Below are positions 38,334 to 48,127 of a stretch of DNA of 64,000 nt, one piece after another. Source of the stretch: an uncultured delta proteobacterium. Lineage in GTDB: Bacteria > Myxococcota_A > Polyangia > Polyangiales > Houyiibacteriaceae. The notes beneath the pieces were generated by a model. It was not told the origin of the DNA. It saw nothing but the letters and a program-made list of their open reading frames with translations, and ran no database searches. How positions within the stretch are numbered: position 1 is the stretch's first letter; every line of letters begins with the position of its first letter. The stretch spans positions 128,001-192,000 of the forward strand of contig CAVOVB010000008.1 in NCBI GenBank assembly GCA_963699755.1, in the 5' to 3' direction. The translations under genes and the position numbers were made by a program.

Positions 38334-39650
38334 GTGAGACTCTGTGTCATCGGTACTGGATACGTCGGCCTGGTGACCGGCACTTGCTTCGCCGCGACGG
38401 GCCAGCGCGTGGTCTGCGTCGACAAAGACGCCTCGAAGATCGAGCGCCTCAAGCGCTTCGAGATTCCGATCTACGAGCCCGGGCTCGAAGAGATGGTCAG
38501 GGAGAACGCGAATGCCGGTCGCCTCACCTTCGCGACCGACCTCGCTTCGGCGGTTCGCGACGTCGACTTGGCCTTCATTGCCGTCGGCACGCCTCCGACG
38601 CACGACGGAGAAGCGGACTTGAGTGCGGTGTTCGCGGTCGCCCAAGAGCTCGCCACGCACGCGGCCCACGATCTCGTCATCGTCAACAAGAGCACCGTCC
38701 CAGTCGGCACGAACGCGCAGGTTCAGAAGCTGGTCGCCGATGCCGAGCATGAAATTCAAGTAGCCTCCAATCCGGAGTTCTTGAAAGAGGGCGGGGCGAT
38801 CGACGACTTCATGTATCCAGATCGGATTGTGATCGGCGTCCGACCTGGGCACGACCGCGCGCGCCGTCTCTTGAACCGGGTCTACCATCCGCTCAACCTT
38901 TCGAACACGAAGATCGTGTGGATGAATCCGGAGAGCGCAGAGCTCACCAAGTACGCTGCCAATACGATGCTCGCGATGCGCATCTCCTTCATGAACGAGC
39001 TTGCGGTGCTCTGCGAAGAGGTGGGTGCAGATGTGCAGAGCGTTCGCCTGGGCGTCGGCAGTGACCCTCGGATCGGCTCTCAGTTTCTCCATTCGGGTCC
39101 CGGCTACGGCGGCTCTTGCTTTCCGAAAGACGTCAAGGCACTCGTAGCAACCGCGCGCCGACACGGCATCGAGCTCGAGCTCGCCGACGCGACGAACCGC
39201 GTCAACGTGCGCCACCGGAGCTTCCTCGTGCGCAAGCTGAAGCGCCATTTCGGAGGCGAGCTGGCGGGCAGGCGGATCGCCATCTGGGGGCTCGCATTCA
39301 AGCCAGGCACCGACGACGTTCGTGAATCGCCTTCGATTACGACCATCGAGTTCCTCCTCAACGAGGGTTGCGAAGTGGTTGGCCACGACCCGGAAGCCAT
39401 GGCGAACATCAAGGAGTTGTTCGGCGAAAAGGTCGAGCTGGTCGACGATGCCTACGACGCCGTAAAAGGTGCGGACGCACTGATGCTTCTGACGGAGTGG
39501 CGCGAATACCAGTATCCTGAGTTCGAGCGAATTCGCGATCTCATGCGCACGCCTACGGTGTTCGACGGTCGTAACATCTGGGTCACCTACAAGCTGGCCG
39601 ACCAGGGTTTCCAATATTCGGGCGTCGGGATCCACGCCGACTCGCCTTAG
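38334..39650 (+). CDS. ugd: UDP-glucose/GDP-mannose 6-dehydrogenase
   Basis: GTGYVGL, KSTVPVGT, SNPEFLKEG, KYAANTMLA, GYGGSCFPKD, AFKPGTDDVRESP, DGRN. Confidence 0.95.
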   Translation: MRLCVIGTGYVGLVTGTCFAATGQRVVCVDKDASKIERLKRFEIPIYEPGLEEMVRENANAGRLTFATDLASAVRDVDLAFIAVGTPPTHDGEADLSAVFAVAQELATHAAHDLVIVNKSTVPVGTNAQVQKLVADAEHEIQVASNPEFLKEGGAIDDFMYPDRIVIGVRPGHDRARRLLNRVYHPLNLSNTKIVWMNPESAELTKYAANTMLAMRISFMNELAVLCEEVGADVQSVRLGVGSDPRIGSQFLHSGPGYGGSCFPKDVKALVATARRHGIELELADATNRVNVRHRSFLVRKLKRHFGGELAGRRIAIWGLAFKPGTDDVRESPSITTIEFLLNEGCEVVGHDPEAMANIKELFGEKVELVDDAYDAVKGADALMLLTEWREYQYPEFERIRDLMRTPTVFDGRNIWVTYKLADQGFQYSGVGIHADSP

Positions 39651-39656
39651 CCGCCA

Positions 39657-40280
39657 ATGTGCGGACGATACACGCTAGCCTGTCCCGATGAAGAAGCGCT
39701 CATTGCTGGCCTTCCGTTCGACGAGTTCAGCGAGACCCGTATCGAGTTTCGCCCACGCTTCAACGTCGCGCCAGGTCAGCGAAGCCCGATCGTGCACTTG
39801 AAGAGCGGTGAGCCCGTTCTGGTCGACGCACGCTGGGGCATTCATCGCTCCGGAGGAGGGCTCGTGATCAACGCTCGCTCGGAAACGGTGGATCGGACCG
39901 CGATGTTTCGCGACGTCTTTCGCGAGGGGCGATGCCTCGTGCCTGCGGACGGATTTCTCGAATGGCGGAAAGAAGGGGGCATCCATCAGCCTTATCTGTT
40001 TCGTCTCCCGGGGAAAGAGCTCTTCGTCATGGCTGGGCTCCGGCGGGAAGGGCGGTTCGTCGTGCTCACGCGCCCATCCAAGGGTGCGGCTGCCGAAGTC
40101 CACGATCGGATGCCGGTGATTCTGGGAGACGACGACGCACGACTCTGGCTGGTCCAAGGCCAGCTCGCTGAACCTCCGAACCTGACGAGGACGGCGGTTT
40201 CGCGGCGGATCAATCGTATCGAGAACGACGACGAGGCCTGCATCGAGCCAATCGCGCAGTCGGAATTCGATTTCGGCTAG
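39657..40280 (+). CDS. SOS response-associated peptidase (SRAP/YedK, abasic-site crosslinking)
   Basis: N-terminal MCGRY, RFNVAP, INARSET, RCLVPADGFLEW, HDRMPVIL. Confidence 0.92.
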   Translation: MCGRYTLACPDEEALIAGLPFDEFSETRIEFRPRFNVAPGQRSPIVHLKSGEPVLVDARWGIHRSGGGLVINARSETVDRTAMFRDVFREGRCLVPADGFLEWRKEGGIHQPYLFRLPGKELFVMAGLRREGRFVVLTRPSKGAAAEVHDRMPVILGDDDARLWLVQGQLAEPPNLTRTAVSRRINRIENDDEACIEPIAQSEFDFG

Positions 40281-40299
40281 TGAGAGCCGGTCGCCCCCG

Positions 40300-40920
40300 T
40301 CAGCGACTGGTCTTTCGCTCGGACCGGTCGATGACCTCCACCTCAGCAACCTCGCCCTCTGCCTGCGCTACGCGCACCCGAGACCTCTGTGGGCCGGACG
40401 CCTGCGCGCCTGCCGAGAGCTTGCGCGACGCCGCCTCGACCAGGGCGTCGACGCCTACTTGGATGGCGCGGTCGACCTCTTTTCGGACCTGCTTTTCCCA
40501 CTTCCCCCGGCGTCGCCGGGCGAGCCGACGGCGGATTCGCGCACGGAGCCGTTCTCGGTCGGGCAGGAGCGCTCGCCGGGCTCCTAGCGCCAACACGATT
40601 CCCCAGCCCGCGAGGACCCACTGCACCCACCAGCCGGGCCCCGACATGATATCGACGACGAACAAGCCCGCGTTGACCACCGCGTAGGTGTAGATGCTCT
40701 GGATGAAGCGCTTCTTTCGCCAGTTGAGGATTCGGTCCTCCTCGGAGCGAAGCTCGCGTTCCTCTTCGATCTCTTGTGCAGCCGCCTCGACGTCGTCCGC
40801 GTCGATGCCGGCTTCGACCGCGGCGTCGACCAAGTCCTTGTGCGACAGGGTCTCGAGCGGTTGGGTTTCGAGCGCCCGCCGCAGAATCTCTTCGACCTCT
40901 TCTCGCGAATACTCCTTCAC
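40300..40920 (-). CDS. 2TM domain-containing protein
   Basis: YSREEVEEILRRAL helical N-terminus; F...YAVVNAGLFVVD...WWVQWVLAGWGIVL two-TM motif. Confidence 0.75.
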   Translation of the reverse strand: MKEYSREEVEEILRRALETQPLETLSHKDLVDAAVEAGIDADDVEAAAQEIEEERELRSEEDRILNWRKKRFIQSIYTYAVVNAGLFVVDIMSGPGWWVQWVLAGWGIVLALGARRALLPDRERLRARIRRRLARRRRGKWEKQVRKEVDRAIQVGVDALVEAASRKLSAGAQASGPQRSRVRVAQAEGEVAEVEVIDRSERKTSR

Positions 40921-40922
40921 GA

Positions 40923-42665
40923 CTAGATCGTGTCCCAGCGGAACCCTTCGGCTGCGAACGCGTCTTCGGCCAGCCCCTTCAAGACTTCGTCATCATTGGT
41001 TTCAATGCGCCGGAAATTGTGCTTGATGCGGACCTTGGCTGCGCGGGTGAAGGTCCTCAGGATATCGATTTCGAGCGTAGCCGCCTCGACGCCCTTGGCC
41101 TCGATGGAGGCCTGCACGCGACTGATGGTCGAGGCCATCACGAAGAGATCGATCATGATTTCGGCAAGTCGATGGCTGGCCAACTGCTTGCCGATGATGC
41201 CCTTGCCGTGCTTGCGCAGAATCTTGTCGGCCGCTTGCGCGAGATAGCGAGTCTCTTCTTCGAAGATCTGCGCTTGGTCTTGGATGGCTTCATGGATCCC
41301 GCTGAACTTCGCACTTCCCCCGATGCCCGTCCGAAGGACCGCGTGCTTGCGCGCGTAGTCCGACAGCACGCCGAACCCCTTGATGGGCTCGTTGAAAATG
41401 CCCTTCATCGTCGAGGCCAGCTCCTTGAGCTGGCTGGCCACGTCGTTCATCGCCGTCAGAGCGATGAGCAGGCGCAGAATCTCGTTGGTGCCTTCGAAGA
41501 TGCGGTTGATTCGGCAGTCGCGGACGATCCGCTCGTAGGGATACTCGCGCATGTAGCCGTTGCCGCCGGCGATCTGCAGGGCCTCATCCGCCGTGCGCCA
41601 TAGGCATTCGGTGGCGTACACCTTGGAGATGGCGGCTTCGACTTGGTACTCCTTGTAGCCGGCATCGATCAGCCCCCCGACCATCGTGACCGCAGCCTCG
41701 GCCGTGTAACAATCGATCACCATCTCGGCAACCTTCTTCTTGATCAGGCCGTAGCTCGAAATCGGCTGGCCGAAAGTCTTGCGCTCGTTGGCCTGAACGG
41801 TCGCCATCCTGATGAGGTTCTTCATCGCGCCGACAGAACCGCCACCGAGCCCCGTCCGGCCGCTGTTCAAGATCGCCATCGCGACCTTGAACCCTTGGCC
41901 GACCTCGCCGAGAAGGTTGTGATCGGGGACTCGCACATTGTCGAAATGCACGGTGGTCGTCGAGCTGGAACGCAGACCCATCTTGTCCTCGTGCGGCCCA
42001 ATGCTGACGCCCTCCATGTCTTTCGTGATGATGAAGCCGCTCATCTTCCCCCGGCCGCCTTCCTCAGGGGTCTTGGCGAACACCGTGAAGAAGTCGGCGA
42101 TGCCGCCGTTGGTGATCCAGAGCTTGTTGCCGTTGACGATCCAATCGTCTCCGTCCTTCACAGCGGTGGTCGTGATGGCGGCAGCGTCCGAGCCTGCGCC
42201 GGGCTCGGTCAAACAGTAGGCAGCGATCATCTCGCCGCTAGCTAACTTGTCATAGTAACGCTGTTTTTGATCATCGGTGCCGAATAGCAGAAGGCCGCGC
42301 ATCCCGATCGAGCTGTGTGCGCCGATGGTCACCGCAACCGAAGCGTCGTACTTCGCAACCTCTTGGAGCGTACGTGAGTACGCCATGTTGCCGAGCCCCA
42401 TCCCGCCGTGCTCTTCGGGGATCACCAAGCCGAACATTCCGAATTCCTTGAGCTCGTCGATGAAGTCCTCCGGTAGCTCGCCGGCAAGGTCCCATGTCCG
42501 AAAGTCCTCTGCGCGCGAGCCAAGCAGACCTTCGAGCGCGCCCGAGATGTCGCCGAGCGTTTCTTTCTCGGCAGCGGAGACAGTCGGGAAGGGAAAGATG
42601 ACGTCCTGTTCGATGCGTCCCATGCACAGCGATCGCATAAAGCTCGTGGTGTCTTTGTCGGCCAC
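40923..42665 (-). CDS. Acyl-CoA dehydrogenase (ACAD9/VLCAD-like long form)
   Basis: YCLTEPGAGSDAA, NGNKLWITNG, KMGLRSS, GGNGYMREYP, RIFEGTNEI, plus C-terminal extension. AGGAG RBS. Confidence 0.93.
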   Translation of the reverse strand: MADKDTTSFMRSLCMGRIEQDVIFPFPTVSAAEKETLGDISGALEGLLGSRAEDFRTWDLAGELPEDFIDELKEFGMFGLVIPEEHGGMGLGNMAYSRTLQEVAKYDASVAVTIGAHSSIGMRGLLLFGTDDQKQRYYDKLASGEMIAAYCLTEPGAGSDAAAITTTAVKDGDDWIVNGNKLWITNGGIADFFTVFAKTPEEGGRGKMSGFIITKDMEGVSIGPHEDKMGLRSSSTTTVHFDNVRVPDHNLLGEVGQGFKVAMAILNSGRTGLGGGSVGAMKNLIRMATVQANERKTFGQPISSYGLIKKKVAEMVIDCYTAEAAVTMVGGLIDAGYKEYQVEAAISKVYATECLWRTADEALQIAGGNGYMREYPYERIVRDCRINRIFEGTNEILRLLIALTAMNDVASQLKELASTMKGIFNEPIKGFGVLSDYARKHAVLRTGIGGSAKFSGIHEAIQDQAQIFEEETRYLAQAADKILRKHGKGIIGKQLASHRLAEIMIDLFVMASTISRVQASIEAKGVEAATLEIDILRTFTRAAKVRIKHNFRRIETNDDEVLKGLAEDAFAAEGFRWDTI

Positions 42666-42809
42666 TGATCACTCCTTTTCGAGGTGGCCCATCATGCACG
42701 GCTGCGGGCCGCGCGTCCATGGCCTCCCAAGCGATTCATAGGGTCAGACGGCGGTGCGTGCCAGCACGGTGCAGGGCCCCAAACGCTTCGGTTGACAGCG
42801 GGCTGATCG

Positions 42810-42844
42810 AAAAAGGGGCCGCCCGCGTTTGCGGAACGGCCCCT
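42810..42844 (-). terminator. Rho-independent terminator downstream of the 42873-43649 gene
   Basis: AGGGGCCG...CGGCCCCT stem with inner CCGC/GCGG pairing, followed by T5 on the minus strand. Confidence 0.75.
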
Positions 42845-42872
42845 CCGTGCGCTCGAGGATTCGAGCTCAAGC

Positions 42873-43649
42873 CTACTCGCTAACCTCGACTTCGATGACT
42901 TCGGTTTCCGCGACATCCGACTTGTTCTTGTTCCTGCCCAAGACGCCCCAGAACGCTGTGCCAGCGCCGATACGCCAAGCGAAGGAGGCGCCCGACACCC
43001 CCTTGCCCACACTGATGCCGGGGCCGAGGTCGAAGAAGAACCAAGGGGCTACGTTCTCGTTGGCTTTGATCTCCACACCCATACGGACGAGCAAGGGAAT
43101 AATGCCGAAGTTGTCGCCCTTGTTGAAGAAGTACGTGAACGGGATGTAGCCACCCGTGACCACGCTGACTCGCTCGTGCACGTCGATCGAGACGGGCGCG
43201 CCCACTTCGGTTTTGATCCCGAACGTGAAATCGTTGGTGCTGGTGTTACTCGAAAGAAGGATGCCCGGCTTGAAGAGAAACCCCACGTCGTTGGTGACTT
43301 TGGGACGCTCTTTTTCAGAAAGATGCCACCGAAGCAGGCCGTTGATGCCAAGGCCGATCTTGATGTATCGGCTTCCGGTCCGAACCCTCACGCCGAATGC
43401 ACGGACCGCTTGGCTGGCCGCTACTCCCCAGCTTCCTCCGTACACCAGGTCACCGCTCAGTCCCCAGTCGAGCTTCTTCTTGCCCCTGTTCCACCATTCG
43501 TACGTAATATTCGGATAACCGACGCTACCGCTGTGGACCATGTCCTCCTCGAGCTTCTTCGCACCGATGGTCGAGTTCTTCGGTCCTGCGAACGCCGGGC
43601 TCGCTACTGCAAGCACCAACGCGAATACACCAATTGCTCTTGCTGTCAT
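42873..43649 (-). CDS. Hypothetical outer-membrane beta-barrel protein
   Basis: Signal peptide (AFA), alternating hydrophobic strands, last strand WRIGAGTAFW, short acidic tail. Followed by a strong terminator. Confidence 0.6.
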   Translation of the reverse strand: MTARAIGVFALVLAVASPAFAGPKNSTIGAKKLEEDMVHSGSVGYPNITYEWWNRGKKKLDWGLSGDLVYGGSWGVAASQAVRAFGVRVRTGSRYIKIGLGINGLLRWHLSEKERPKVTNDVGFLFKPGILLSSNTSTNDFTFGIKTEVGAPVSIDVHERVSVVTGGYIPFTYFFNKGDNFGIIPLLVRMGVEIKANENVAPWFFFDLGPGISVGKGVSGASFAWRIGAGTAFWGVLGRNKNKSDVAETEVIEVEVSE

Positions 43650-43861
43650 TTCCAGCTGCTCCTTCCCCGTGAAACTGGCCGAAGCCTAGATGACAAGGGC
43701 CCACATAGCTAGCGATTATCAGCCCCAGCTCGATCGAGCGGAAAATCCTCGTTTCGATAGTGGTTTCAAACATTTCCCCCGATTGTCGGTCCATGTAGCC
43801 AGGGCGACCGCCAAGCTTGACCTTGACCAAGCGATCTCCATAAGCGGCTCAGGGAGGATTC

Positions 43862-44500
43862 ATGCGAACAACTGCACTTCTATTTGTGACCGGTCTCTTG
43901 GCGATGGGTTGCAAGAACCCAGGGGCCGAAGTGGCGCCTTCTACGGTCGAATCGGCTCCAGACAGCAAGGCTGAGGCCGCTCCCAGCGGCGAGCCCGATG
44001 AGGCGGCGGCCGGCTCTTTGGCTATCAACCCGTCGAACAGCAAGATCGAGTTCGTGGGTGCCAAGGTCACGGCAAGCCATGACGGAGGGTTCACCGACTT
44101 CTCGGGTACGGTCGAGGTGGGTGACCCCATCGAGACGAGCAAAGTCGAGTTGAGCATCCAAACCGACTCACTCTTCGCCGACAAGGAGAAGCTCACCAAG
44201 CACTTGAAGTCGCCAGATTTCTTCGATGTAGACAAGTTTCCGACCGCGACCTTCCGCTCGACCGAGATCAAGAAGGAGGGTGCCGGTCACACGATCAGCG
44301 GTGACTTGACTCTCCACGGCGTCACCAAACGCATCAGCTTTCCAGCCACGGTCAGCGTCACCGATTCGCAAGTGAACGCCAACGCGGAGTTTTCCATCAA
44401 CCGTCAGGACTTCGGCATCGCCTATCCTGGAATGAAGGATGACCTCATCCGCGACTTGGTCGTGATCAAGCTTTCGCTGAACCTTCCGCGCCAGAGCTAA
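43862..44500 (+). CDS. YceI family lipid/polyisoprenoid-binding lipoprotein
   Basis: Lipobox AMGC; HLKSPDFFDVDKFPTATF, GDLTLHGVTK, INRQDFGI. GGGAGG RBS. Confidence 0.92.
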   Translation: MRTTALLFVTGLLAMGCKNPGAEVAPSTVESAPDSKAEAAPSGEPDEAAAGSLAINPSNSKIEFVGAKVTASHDGGFTDFSGTVEVGDPIETSKVELSIQTDSLFADKEKLTKHLKSPDFFDVDKFPTATFRSTEIKKEGAGHTISGDLTLHGVTKRISFPATVSVTDSQVNANAEFSINRQDFGIAYPGMKDDLIRDLVVIKLSLNLPRQS

Positions 44501-46152
44501 CCCTTCGACATGGCAGGCCAGGGCTGAAGCTCGAGGAGATCTCTGACGACGATCTCCCCGGTTTCGCAGACTCCTGTCGCGGCGTCGGCGATGGTCCAGG
44601 CATGGGTCGCCCGGCCCATCGGCTGCGACTCCACGAAGATGCATCGGAGCTCGCCATCTTCGAACCCACACTGCTCCTGAATGGATTGCAGGAGCTGCAG
44701 GTTGTGTAGATGACCCTCGCCGAAATTCCAACCGACGACGATGCCTGCGACCAGCTCGCCGTCGAGGTACTCGTACGCGTCGATGTCGTCTACGGCTTTC
44801 GGCAAGAGGAACTGCAGGCACCGGCCGTGAAGGTGCATCGACCGGAACGCGAGCACCTTGGACATGGAGGCGATGATGGCGTCCTCGTCGAGCATGCCCT
44901 CGAGCTGAGCATGGAGGCCTGGCGCGACTTTGGTGATATGCGCGTCGATCTTCTTCCAAGAGTCCCCCTTGAAGAGCCATACGCTGTAGGCCCAGTTCCC
45001 CGCGTAGTACCGCATCGAACATAGGAACGAGGCGCGCGAGGGAACGAGGTTTCCAAACAGTGGGACGACGATGAGCGCGAACGCGAGGTAGGCGATGAGC
45101 ACTGGCGAAGCGATGCTGAAGGCGCTGACCTCGGCATAGTGGCCGAAGAGCACGAACGCGCCGTAGACCATGATGACGTTCCATTCGATCGGCACGCCCA
45201 TCGGAATGCTGCTCGTGATGAAGATGTGGAACAAGAGCATGACGGCCAGCGCTACCGTCGTCGGCATGCCACCGTCGCTCAGGACCAGGACGACCGGGAA
45301 GACGAACTCCACGGCGGTGCCCGCGTGCGCCATCAGCTGGGTCAGGCGGGAAGGACGAAGGTCGTCCGGGTAGCTTCGGTAGAACAGCTTTCGAACTGAC
45401 CCGATGCGGGTGAGCGGGCTGTTGCTCTGCATCACCGCGACCACCGAAGGGAAGTGATGGTTGAGCTTCGAGGTGGCCGCCCAGATCCATATGGCGACCC
45501 AGACCAGCTTCGATCCTGCCAGCCAATCAGCGCTGAAGATGAAACAGACCAGCGCCGTATAGTAGTGCTCGGCGCGTGACGCGAGGAAGATCGTTTTATC
45601 GGTGAGGCCGAGCAGCGGAAGGAGAACGACGGTCGGCAAGAGAAGATCGGTCGAGAGCTCCGGCGCCACCAGCGCGCGGAACAAGAAGAAGTTGTGTGCT
45701 GCGTACAGCAGGACGTCGAGTACGGTGCGTTTCGAACCACCGATGATGGGGAGTCCGGGGAAGAGCGGAACCTTCGTCGTGCCAGGTCTGAGGAAATAGA
45801 GCGCACCGCCGATCGGCGGCCTGTATCGGCCCGTCAGCGGACCGCTCCCGCATCCGAGACCGAGGCCCTCGAAGGCCATGCTCCAGAGTACGGCCTTCTG
45901 AAACGCGATCGGCGCGTAGTACCAGGAGCTGAAGCTGCCGAGGTCACCCAAGCCTGGCGTGAAGCTACAGAACAGGCTCCAGATCCAAATGTAGAGCGCG
46001 ATCTTGAGGATGTAGACGATGTAGATGGGCGGCGGCGTCCCGTAGCCCTGGAGCGCCCAGGAGTGGCAGACCATCTTGACGCGCTCCGGAAACGGTTTTT
46101 GTTGCCATTCTCCGATGTCGTACGGAGGCGGGGTGGGTTTCAGAAGAGGCAC
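44497..46152 (-). CDS. DUF3556 family integral membrane protein
   Basis: GLGCGSGPLTGRY, YFLRPGTTK, DKTIFLASRAEHY, SKLNHHF, GVPIEWN, MRYYAGNW, GWNFGEGHLH, ESQP. Confidence 0.8.
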   Translation of the reverse strand: MPLLKPTPPPYDIGEWQQKPFPERVKMVCHSWALQGYGTPPPIYIVYILKIALYIWIWSLFCSFTPGLGDLGSFSSWYYAPIAFQKAVLWSMAFEGLGLGCGSGPLTGRYRPPIGGALYFLRPGTTKVPLFPGLPIIGGSKRTVLDVLLYAAHNFFLFRALVAPELSTDLLLPTVVLLPLLGLTDKTIFLASRAEHYYTALVCFIFSADWLAGSKLVWVAIWIWAATSKLNHHFPSVVAVMQSNSPLTRIGSVRKLFYRSYPDDLRPSRLTQLMAHAGTAVEFVFPVVLVLSDGGMPTTVALAVMLLFHIFITSSIPMGVPIEWNVIMVYGAFVLFGHYAEVSAFSIASPVLIAYLAFALIVVPLFGNLVPSRASFLCSMRYYAGNWAYSVWLFKGDSWKKIDAHITKVAPGLHAQLEGMLDEDAIIASMSKVLAFRSMHLHGRCLQFLLPKAVDDIDAYEYLDGELVAGIVVGWNFGEGHLHNLQLLQSIQEQCGFEDGELRCIFVESQPMGRATHAWTIADAATGVCETGEIVVRDLLELQPWPAMSKG

Positions 46153-46158
46153 CGGCGG

Positions 46159-46164
46159 ATGCTA
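46159..46164 (-). promoter_or_regulatory. -10 box (TAGCAT) 6 nt before the GTG of the DUF3556 gene; candidate leaderless promoter
   Basis: TAGCAT-ccgccg-GTG. Confidence 0.5.
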
Positions 46165-46289
46165 TCGACCTGAGCGTCGCCTGTCACGGCCAACGGTCGA
46201 GGGTCGACGCAAAGATTGCGCGGCTGGTGGTTTCGGTGACTTGCCGCTATCCAAGGTGCTGTGCGAAGTTGATCCGGAGCGAGGGTGCG

Positions 46290-47147
46290 ATGGGCAAGAG
46301 TGAAGAGCAGGAGTCCGAAGTCGAGAGTGTGCTGCCCCCGCTAGGGCGGGATTCGAAGGTTCCCAAGAAGCCGAAACTCAAGAAGGCGCAGTACAACAAA
46401 GTCATGGCGGACTTCCAGGTGGAGTTGGTCAAGCTGCAGAAGTGGATTCACACCGAGGGTCTCAAGGTCGTCGTGATCTTCGAAGGCCGTGACGCTGCAG
46501 GGAAGGGTGGTGCCATCAAACGGATCACCCAGAACCTCAATCCGCGCGTGTGCCGCGTCGAGGCCCTCGCAAAGCCCACCGAGCGCGAACGCACCCAGTG
46601 GTACTTCCAGCGCTACGTCGAGTATCTCCCGGCGGCGGGGGAAATGGTCTGCTTCGATCGAAGTTGGTACAACCGCGCCGGCGTCGAAAAGGTCATGGGT
46701 TACTGCACGGAGGAGGAATATCGCGAATTTCTCCGCTCGTGCCCCGAATTCGAGCGCATGCTCGTCCGCTCGGGGATCATCTTGATCAAGTACTGGTTCT
46801 CCGTCAGCGACGAGGAGCAAGAGCGCCGCTTTCAGAAGCGAATCGAAGATCCGATTCGACGTTGGAAGATCAGCGAGGTTGATCTGCAGTCGCGCAAACA
46901 TTGGGTCGACTACTCGCGGGCCAAAGACGAGATGTTCGCGCACACCGACATCAAGCAGGCACCCTGGTATGTCGTGCAGGGCGACGACAAACGCCGCGCC
47001 CGCCTCAATGTCATCTCACACTTCTTGAGCCTGATTCCCTACCAGGAAGTGCACCAGCCCGACCTCCAGCTTCCCGAGCGGCAGCGCAAGCAGAAATACG
47101 TCCGCCCCCCGATCGATGATCAGAACTTCGTCCCCGAGGTATACTGA
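46290..47147 (+). CDS. ppk2: Polyphosphate kinase 2
   Basis: FEGRDAAGKGG, WYFQRY, FDRSWYNRAGVE, DDKRRARLN. Confidence 0.95.
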   Translation: MGKSEEQESEVESVLPPLGRDSKVPKKPKLKKAQYNKVMADFQVELVKLQKWIHTEGLKVVVIFEGRDAAGKGGAIKRITQNLNPRVCRVEALAKPTERERTQWYFQRYVEYLPAAGEMVCFDRSWYNRAGVEKVMGYCTEEEYREFLRSCPEFERMLVRSGIILIKYWFSVSDEEQERRFQKRIEDPIRRWKISEVDLQSRKHWVDYSRAKDEMFAHTDIKQAPWYVVQGDDKRRARLNVISHFLSLIPYQEVHQPDLQLPERQRKQKYVRPPIDDQNFVPEVY

Positions 47148-47257
47148 ATCTGACCTGCGCCGTCGCTGCGATTTCGGGTGGAGAAAGCCCCCGGGGTTGC
47201 GATCGCGCCGTTCCAGTCCCAGACTCATTTGGCTACGGCAGATCTCCGGCTCCCTTC

Positions 47258-48118
47258 ATGACCTCTCGCTCCCGTCATTCCCCAAGTTCCGCCATCGTCG
47301 CCCTGAGTCTGTGTCTCGTACTGGCGGGCGGCTGCACCGGGCTCCTTCAAAACCTCGGCGCTCGCTGGGTCACGCGGCAGATCGCGGTCGAGTTCAATTT
47401 CGACGAGGCGCAGACCGCCGCGACCCGAGCTTCGGTAGACAAGCTCATGGCCGCCGCCCCGATGGTGCTTGGGAGCAAGATCGACATGCTCGTGGCCACG
47501 GTCGACGTCGGCATCGCAAAGGGACTCACCGAAGAGAAGCTCCTCGGGATGGAGCGCCAGGTGGATGGGCTAATCGACACGGTCGCGAGCGCCATCATCG
47601 ACGAAGCCGCGCCGATCATGGCCACCCTGCGGGACGACCAGATCGACTTCGTCGAAAAGCGAATCGAGAAGCGGCTCGAAGAGGCCCGGGAGGAGCTCGC
47701 CGCGCCTCCCGAAGAGCGTATCGAGAAGCGTCAGGACCAGTTCGTCGACGCGGTCGAGGACTGGGCAGGCAGCCTCGCGGACCAGCAAGAAGCGGCGCTT
47801 CGCGATTACGTGGCCAAGCTCCCCGACGAAGCTGCCGTCCGGCTCGAGGCCGATGAGCGGCGTGTAGCGCGGTTCAGCAAGTTGGCGCGAACCCATCCGG
47901 ACGCGGCGACGATCCGTGAAGCGATGTGGGAAGAATGGAAAAATCGCGAGGACTGGGGCCCGAATGCTCGGCCTCCTTCCGCGCGACGCGCCGAGGGCCG
48001 CCAAGCCCTGCTCTTCGTCTACGGCCTACTCGACACCGGGCAGCGCGACCACGCCAGCAAACACCTGCACGAGCTCCACGACAAGGTGAAGTCCTTCTTC
48101 GGGGCCGCCGGCTCTTAA
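47258..48118 (+). CDS. All-helical lipoprotein, DUF6279-like
   Basis: Lipobox AGGC; TLRDDQI, EDWAGSL and LDTGQRDH helical repeats. Confidence 0.6.
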   Translation: MTSRSRHSPSSAIVALSLCLVLAGGCTGLLQNLGARWVTRQIAVEFNFDEAQTAATRASVDKLMAAAPMVLGSKIDMLVATVDVGIAKGLTEEKLLGMERQVDGLIDTVASAIIDEAAPIMATLRDDQIDFVEKRIEKRLEEAREELAAPPEERIEKRQDQFVDAVEDWAGSLADQQEAALRDYVAKLPDEAAVRLEADERRVARFSKLARTHPDAATIREAMWEEWKNREDWGPNARPPSARRAEGRQALLFVYGLLDTGQRDHASKHLHELHDKVKSFFGAAGS

Positions 48119-48127
48119 GAGAGGATT

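Noticed and set aside
38250..39635. 566-aa ORF 37935..39635
   Set aside because: Antisense shadow of ugd. Only the last 104 aa (YbjQ) are real and have their own RBS.
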